From Paramecium tetraurelia (Eukaryota), in contig CT868677.1 in assembly GCA_000165425.1 (NCBI GenBank), positions 310,001 to 330,322 of the forward strand: 20,322 nucleotides of DNA, in the 5' to 3' direction. The position numbers and the translations under genes were made by a program. Below, in pieces: positions 13,022 to 20,322 of the stretch. Positions within the stretch are counted from its first letter, which is position 1, and every line of letters starts with the position of its first letter. The notes under the pieces are model-generated. The model was given only the letters and a program-made list of their open reading frames with translations. It searched no databases and was not told the DNA's origin.

Positions 13022-14531
13022 ATGTAAAATCTAACAATGATAGAAAATGAAAATGATCTTGTATGTAGCCTTCATAAATAGCCTGCAGTGATGGTTAATC
13101 TGGATTCTTAGTTAGATTTAAATTATAGACTCTTGTGTAATCAATGCATTGACTTCGTTGAACCAGGCTCAAAAGTTGTTGGATTTAAGAAAGCTGTTCA
13201 AATGATGGAAGAAAAACGAATGATTATTTAACAGTTCTTGGAAAATATGATTGATGTAGATTTCAAACATGTTGAGTAATTATATAATCAAATAATGGCT
13301 TTGAAGTAATAACTTGTTCTATCATTGGATCAGAGAGTATAGCTTCTTCAAGGAGTTAGATTCAATATAGAAATAACAAACAGACCAGAATGAAAAGATC
13401 AATTTACAAAATTAGATTAAAAAAATAAATAATGCTTGGAGCACTAAATTTAAATTGTATTTAGGATAATTTCAATAATACCCACAATATTAAAAGTGTC
13501 AAGAAATTTTGAACGAAATAAATTAATCAGACGATTCAATTCAATAAAAGGGATTAGGCCCAACTAAATTAGTACGTATTGATGAATCAACAGAATAACA
13601 AGAGAAGTGCAAAGCTATCGCTTTTGATCCAACAGGGAAGATAATGATTTCAACCAGTGATAATGATATCAAAGTGTGGAATTTTGAACAGGGAAAAATC
13701 ACATTAATTAATACTCTATAAGGACATTAAAAGCATATATATTGTCTAATATATAGCAAAGTATAGAACTGCTTCGTATCTGGAGCTAGTGATGATACAA
13801 TTAGATTATGGAAAGGATAGAATAATAATCAATGGGAAAGTTCCTAAGAATACTAGGAACATAAAGATCCTATATATTGTTTGATCTTAACAGAAAAAGA
13901 GGATTAATTGATTTCAGGTAGCATTGATTAATCAATTAAAGTATGGATGGTAGACTTCAATGAAAACAAATTATAATGTCTTTATTCTTTAGTGGAGCAT
14001 ACTGCCTTTGTTGTTTCATTAAGTTTAAATGAATCAGAGTAAGATTTAGTTTCTTGTGGATTTGATGGGACAATTATAATTTGGAGGAAAGGATAAAATA
14101 ATTAGTGGAAATTTTAGTAGGTTGTTACCAATTCTTTATAAGAATAAGGAAGGCATGTTAAATTTTTAAATGAAAGTTCATTCATCTGGTTGGCTTATAA
14201 GAGCAATTATGTTTGTGTCTTTGAAAGTAGTGAAGGGGTATACCAAGAAAATATAGAGAAGAGAGTTGAATTCAAGAAAGATAATTAAGCATAAATAAAT
14301 TGGCCATACTTCCCTGTCGTTTATAATAAAGATAGGAATCTTTTATGCTTAAGACATATATTCCATATTTGCATACTAAAATTAGAAAGAAATGGAAGAT
14401 TGTCAATTATTGAAGAATTGGATTATTAAAATTAAGGTAGTTATGGTACTATAACAAAAAACGGAGAATACTTAGTATTTTGGGGAGGCAAGGAGAACAA
14501 GTATGAAACTTATGAAATAAAATATGAATGA
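13022..14531 (+). CDS. WD40-repeat protein (Cys/His N-terminal motif + coiled coil + WD40). Frameshift near 13335: either a pseudogene or rescued by a 28-nt intron at 13306-13333 (~493 aa)
   Basis: Starts MQNLTMIENENDLVCSLHKQPAVMVNLD...LLCNQCID. The unspliced frame hits TGA at 13391-13393. The shifted frame continues EYSFFKELDSI...GHQKHIYCLIYSKVQNCFVSGASDDTIRLW...HKDPIYCLILTEKEDQLISGSIDQSIKVW...HTAFVVSLSLNESEQDLVSCGFDGTIIIW...YGTITKNGEYLVFW to TGA 14529-14531. Confidence 0.8.
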
Positions 14532-14590
14532 AGATATTGAAATTAATTATGATAATTAACTTAAAATAGATATTTATATTTTATATAATA

Positions 14591-17500
14591 TCAAATTGTG
14601 CCAAACTAAATTCCATTAGTTTATTGTAATTAATCAAACAATCTTCTAAAATATTCTTCTAGATTCAATTCATTAATTTATTATTAATTTTGTTATTATT
14701 AATTGTTTTATTATTGACTGGCTTCTTATTAACTATTTTCTTAATTTTACTATTCAGATTCTATTATTAATTAAAATTAAGGAGACTCTTCAGGTCCCAA
14801 TTAATTTGAAAGTACAGTAAATTCAATTTTGAGAGGGTTCTCTTTAGTGTTAGCTTGGTAATTTATTTTAATTTTGGGCTCATGTGTTATAAATTAAATT
14901 AATAATGAGTTCATTACCCAAGTCTTTCCTGGGGATTTGTGAATTGCAAAAATATCCTTTTTCAATGTAGTAACATAATTTCTCTCAATATCTAAAAAAG
15001 TGTCTGCTAACGAAAAGTGTTAGCAATTTAGAATTGTAGATCTCATATTGTAAATAACTATGTTAGAGTCTGCAGTAATATATACCGGTTCTAAATAAAA
15101 GAATATTTCGCTAGAACTTCTTTTTATTCTGGGATTCGTTTCTTAATGTACTTCCTGACCAGGGAATACAATCAAGTTTTTTTTTCTAAATCTTTCATAA
15201 TCTTTATCCTTGTATTAAGTAAATGCAAAAGTTAGGAAGTTTGATTTTGTCAGATAAGTCACAACTATATCGGTGAATTATGATAAATAAACTCCACCTT
15301 TTGTTAAATAAAGTACGTAAGAATATTTAAATTTTATCAATGGCAAACCCTCTTTATATTTAATTGCATTTACTAATTCAAATTTTCCATCTTCAATATT
15401 AATCACATTCAAAAGTTCAAAATTGCGAGTCACATCATCTTATTCAATTATCTCAACTGTAAAATAATATAAAAAGTATCCATACAATTCTATATTAAAA
15501 GCAAAGTTTTGGCATTTGTTTACTTTGTGACTCAATTGAAGGATATCTAAAGTAGGATTAATTTCAGTAATTTTAGATGTGAATATATAATTCTAAACTT
15601 AGGATTTGTAAAGCATGTATAGTCTATCATCTATAATATCAATCTAAATAGTTTGATGTAGTAAATGGGAAATTTTGTATACTTTAACAGACTTATTCTT
15701 CTCATTCATTTTAAAACGAAATATTGTTATTTTTGAATTCTTAATATTTTACAATTGTAAATTTTCAAAAGCCTCATATATCAATTATTAATCAATAGCT
15801 AAGTAAGCATAATCATTATGAATGTTGAATCTAATCATATGGATTGTATTTCTGATTTCTAAATTCTGAGAAAGGATAAGTTCACAATTTTAGGGATCAT
15901 TAACACCACATTCCTACAAATCTAGCTTAAAATATGATTAGGTGATCATATAAAATTTCTCTCTAAATTTAAATTCTGTTTGGTATTGATAGAGCAACTA
16001 TTATTTCATGTAAGCCACATCACCAAGATCGTATTAATTTTAAAATGTTTTATGCTCTGTAAGAACTTTATCAAATTCAACCTTTACTTAGTTCGAATTA
16101 GAGACATAGCCTTGAAGCTGCAACCCGTTTTTTATGATAAGTTAATTCCATTTAACTTCCTATATTTTATCTTAATCGATTTTGATTTTAATCTATTGAT
16201 AGGGCGACCCAACATCCTAATAAACTCCTCTTTAAATTTAAGTGAACCAAACTTAGAATGGTTGATCAAAGTAGATATACTAAATTTTAGTAGGATTATA
16301 GTCTATTTACACTTGAAAATATAGATTAAGAATAGGACATTCAACTTGAGGTTTATCAAATTAGTTAGATATTGCCCTAATTTTGAAGGACTAAGGAATT
16401 TTTTAGAGTTCTGAGGCTGTTATTTTAATTAATGGATCATTAATCATGTATAAAATTAATGATCCTTCCTCAATAGAAATTAAGTAGTCGATAATATTTA
16501 TGAAGTAACTTAATGCTGATTTTGATGGATAATAATACAATTACATACCTTCATTAACATCATTTATAATGGTTGGGTAAATACTTATACCATTAGTATT
16601 TGACACAACTATAAACTTATCATTTATAAAGACACTAGTAACAAAATTTAAAGATAAATTTATTTAATTAGTTTATATTTTTTTCTCCCATGAGATCTTA
16701 ATAATTTTAACTTTTTACAATTTTATTCTTAATTGGCTCATACAAAAAGTTTGATATATGCTCTTCATTCCAATAGACAATATTATATTCGTGAAAACCA
16801 TATGATATTTTCTGAGCTCTTATACCCAATATTCTCTTTTTTATGGAAATATCTAATTAATACAACTTTTGCTCATTTAGTTAATGGATTTGAACTCCCA
16901 AATTAAAATATGAAATAAAAACTAGAGTAAAAATAATATTTACGATATCCTTCTTTTACTAAATCAAAATCTGAAATAAAATCAGCTGAAGTTTGAATTT
17001 AGTTTAATTAAACAATATTTATTGTTGTTTTTGAATCAGCCAGATTTTATGTCTCTAACTAAAAAATTATTAGATTTGAATAATTAGAGATATATTCATT
17101 GTCTTTTTACTAACCATTGTTTATCAATGTGCATAAGTATTTGCCAGCTGATTTTGAGATTAATATAGACTCATATTGTGCATACTTTATATCAAATTTA
17201 AAGGTTTTAATCAGTTGATAATCCGAATCAAATATCAGGTAATTTAATTATTCCTCTTCATAATCTAAGCATGTAATTATAATAAAGTTATCAAAGCTAT
17301 TCATTTGATTGCAGCGATCAGAATTAAATTTTACAATTAATTCACTTGCAGAGAACCTCCTTATTTTAGAGAATTTATTTAGACTATGAATTTCATAGGT
17401 GTCTTAATCCCCTTCATTGATTTTCAATAATAATAAGAATTCTTTTTATTAAGGGACATATTTGGGTTTTGGCATCAAACTTATGGGTTCTCCTTAAATA

Positions 17501-17745
17501 CCACCTTAATTTTAGGGGCGATTGATTTAAAAGAATTCATTATTGTCATTTAAACTATAACTTAGCCCTTCTCCCACAAAATAGTCTTCAAGATATAAGT
17601 GATAGGTTTCTTAAATATTCATTTGTAAAAGATTTTGAAAATTTTATTTTAGCTATGTTAGATATCATTGTACTTTACAAATTTAGCCTTGACTGCCAAT
17701 TAAGGAAACTATTAATATCATTTGAACCCAAACATTTTTCTTCAT
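14591..17745 (-). CDS. Secreted/surface protein of unknown function (~1029 aa), beta-rich, with Q/N-rich C-terminal tail
   Basis: ATG 17745 gives MKKNVWVQMILIVSLIGSQGQIC (signal-like), followed by YLEDYFVGEGLSY. Introns at 17673-17653, 16943-16922 and 16718-16697; spliced length 3090 nt; TGA at 14593-14591. Tail reads ESEQQNQENSQQEASQQQNNQQQQNQQQINE. Confidence 0.82.
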
Positions 17746-17825
17746 TCTATTATTAAAATTAATCACATGAACATTTTATAAATTTAAGTATTATAAAAAG
17801 AAATGAATAAATTTCTTGTATTAAC

Positions 17826-19286
17826 ATGCTTCCTTAGTACATACAGAATGATATAGTAGACCTAACAATTTATTGATAGATAATCTATCTCAAAACATTA
17901 TAGAGCAGGATATAACAAAATAATGTTTAAAATAAATGAAGACAGCACATTATTGCTGCTTATCTTAATTTAATAAAATTGCAATTCCTGAATTTCAAAA
18001 ACGTAATTAAATTTATGAATATAGAAAATTGTATTCAAAAATATGATATAATTATGATAATGCTCTTAAAATATCTAAGTTATTTTAATATATAATAAAG
18101 AACTTTGTAAATGCTGTCTAAATAAATTTCCAAAATATCTAAAACAGTCAAAAAAAAGAAATTCACTTTTACAAAAACAACAAAAAACATAAAGGATTAG
18201 AAAAAAGAATCTGAATATGTTCTTTTGCCAAAATGGTCTATAAAATAACTAGAGACATGTTATGCTATCGCAATTAATAATATTAACACACTTTGCATAG
18301 TTGCAATGTGTTCAATTATCAAAATAATCCAATTACCATATATTTAGAGCAAATCAAATTATGAGTTACTCGAAAACAAACCCGAATGTATTTAACTACA
18401 AATTCTGGAAGGAATACACACAAACATAGTAAGTACTTTAAATTTTATGTAAAATACTGAGAATTATGATAAATTTATCTCTGGTTCATTTGATGGAAGA
18501 ATCGTTATATGGTCACCACACAAATTAGTGGAGAGTCAGATTCAACAAAAATAATGGAGTGCTTAATTTATTTTGTTAGGGCATGCTTCTTATGTGAACT
18601 GTTTAATTTTGTAAAATGATGAAAGTTTTATCTCTGGGAGTAGCGATAAAACTATTAAAGTGTGGAAATATCATAAAATGAAAAATGAATGGTCATGTAC
18701 ACAAACCATTTGTGAGCATACTGATATAGTTTTAGGATTATCTATTAGTGAAGATAATAAACAATTAATATCTTGCGGAGGAGAAAAAAAAATAATAATA
18801 ATGAAATCTACATCCAACGGCAAATTTTAATTATGTCAGAAGATTTAAGTAGATGTAGGAGGTTCCAGAATAATATTCATTACAAATGAATTGTTTATGT
18901 TCCTTTAAGAGTCATCAACTCATCTTCATATTTATAAAGCCACAAGAAAAGGCATTTATGAGAGGTATTAAGAATTTCCAGTTTCAGGAGGAGAACAAAA
19001 CTGTGATTATTATTTTCCGGCTTTATACATCAAACCATAGAATCTTTTGGTTCTAAAAAATGGGAGATGTGTAAATTTAATTAATATTTCTATTAATCTT
19101 AACAATTTAGGCTAATTAATATAATGCAATTTAGAATAAGTTATTATGTTTGGAAAACTTGAAGTCTTAGGAACTTATGGAACCATGAGTAATAATGGCA
19201 AGTTATTGGTGACATGGAACTCGACTTCTAACTAAATATAATTTAGAATATTAAAATATTGGAATGAAAAAAATCAAAATATTTGA
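17826..19286 (+). CDS. WD40-repeat protein (same family as neighbours); 5' exon structure uncertain
   Basis: Solid frame 18027-19286: WSIKQLETCYAIAINN...HTNIVSTLNFM...FISGSFDGRIVIW...GHASYVNCLILQNDESFISGSSDKTIKVW...HTDIVLGLSISEDNKQLISCGGEKKIII...YGTMSNNGKLLVTW, ending TGA 19284-19286. A tentative upstream extension uses introns 18003-18024 and 17837-17859 to reach ATG 17826. Confidence 0.8.
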
Positions 19287-19952
19287 ATTTATATTTTAAT
19301 ATCATTTAATGTATATGATGTATTTACTATCATATCATCAGAAAGTAGAGTCGTTTTTAATCTTACAAATCGATATATACTGAATCTTGAGTAGTTTATT
19401 TCTAAGTATTAATAAATAAAAATCTTATTTCATGCACATAAAGCTATTTATAAATTAATAATATAACAATTTGATTAATACATATTATAAAAATATTGCG
19501 ATGTTATAGTTAATAAAGTAAATTTAAATTCTTAGTAAGGTTGAGAAACAGTTGATTAATCTAAATATTTGAGTTAAAAGCATGCATAAGTTCAAAGAAT
19601 TGTAGTGCAATGTAAATTATTTTTATCTTTATTATTCCATTTAATATTAATATAATTTTCCATATCATATTTCAACTTTGAATATTATATAAACCTAGAG
19701 ATTTTGAACGAAATAGAAACAACATCGATTTCTAATACACTTACCTTTTTGTATAGCAATAATTCATAAATAAGAACACTCATTAAACCAAGAACAAATG
19801 TTTAAATAATTATTTATTTGATGATATTATTTTTTTGATAATAATATGAGCAATTTTATTCAATATTCTGATCAATTTACCCAAAATATTGAGGATATTC
19901 TTCCGATCTGCATTGTTATTAAACGAGTCCTTAATATTTATACATTGTTTTT

Positions 19953-20321
19953 TCATGAATCCTGCTAACTCTTAGGCCTAGTGAAGAAGAATTAATCCAC
20001 ACTCAGTAAATATGCTCCCCTTTGAATGTAAGAACAATCATGTGGCATTTACATTTTACTATCTTCAAGTAAAGGAAAACACTCTTGAAGCTTGACTCCG
20101 GCTTACCCAATAAAAACATATTCTTCATTCCCATCCTAATCTTCTTATAAGGGTTTGCGCTCGGGGTTGGGTTTGGCTTCGGGCTCGGGTCTCGGCTTTG
20201 GGTCTGGGTCCGGGTTTGGGTTCGGGGTCGGGGTTGGGTTCGGGGTTGGGGTTGGCTTTGGGGTTGGGGTTGGGGTTGGGGTTGGGGTTGGGGTTGGGGT
20301 TTGGGGTTGGGCTCTATAAAG
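19953..20321 (-). CDS. Partial ORF (open at window edge) with a Pro-X repeat; possibly frameshifted or a pseudogene
   Basis: Reads LYRAQPQ(TP)n...KPTPTPNPTPTPNPNPDPDPKPRPEPEAKPNPERKPLQEDQDGNEEYVFIGQAGVKLQECFPLLEDSK...QQDS then TGA. A protein-like stretch continues downstream in another frame (SKGSIFTECGLILLHQAQELAGFMKKQC...). Confidence 0.45.
20150..20311 (+). repeat. Telomere-like hexamer tract: (GGGGTT)n, perfect at 20260-20311 and degenerate upstream
   Basis: Seven perfect GGGGTT units at 20260-20301, one extra T, then one more unit plus GGG. Proximal units such as GGGTTC, GGGGTC, GGGTTT, GGCTTT and GGGTCT keep the 6-nt phase. The tract is followed by 11 non-repeat bases. Confidence 0.9.
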
Positions 20322-20322
20322 A

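Noticed and set aside
15980..16324. Supplied plus-strand 114-aa ORF
   Set aside because: Antisense to the long minus-strand gene 14591-17745.
20260..20311. Calling this a definite chromosome-end telomere
   Set aside because: Non-telomeric bases follow it and the degenerate units show codon-like constraint; kept as an unresolved finding.
1..20322. Prokaryotic systems (CRISPR, defence operons, recoded phage) and transposons
   Set aside because: Spliceosomal-type introns and eukaryotic domains occur throughout. No repeat-spacer array, transposase or reverse transcriptase motif, or terminal inverted repeat was seen.

Overview
AT-rich eukaryotic DNA that reads as ciliate macronuclear-type sequence, most like Paramecium. 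Long frames open only if TAA/TAG encode Gln and TGA is the sole stop, and they are split by tiny 21-28 nt GT..AG introns, so the supplied standard-code ORF track is almost entirely spurious. My manual translation gives, in order: the 3' end of a MORN-repeat gene (+); a ~2832 aa signal-peptide / Cys-rich / beta-helix / multi-TM surface protein (+); a possible decayed gene (+); a ~748 aa fusion of a divergent Rab-like GTPase domain to a Cys/His-motif + coiled-coil + WD40 protein (-); a paralogous WD40 gene with a frameshifting deletion that a 28-nt intron could rescue (+); a ~1029 aa secreted protein (-); a third WD40 paralog (+); and a terminal (GGGGTT)n telomere-like tract that on the minus strand reads as a Pro-X coding repeat. 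The most notable items are the Rab-like/WD40 fusion, the deletion with possible intronization, and the telomere-mimicking coding repeat. No database searches were run.
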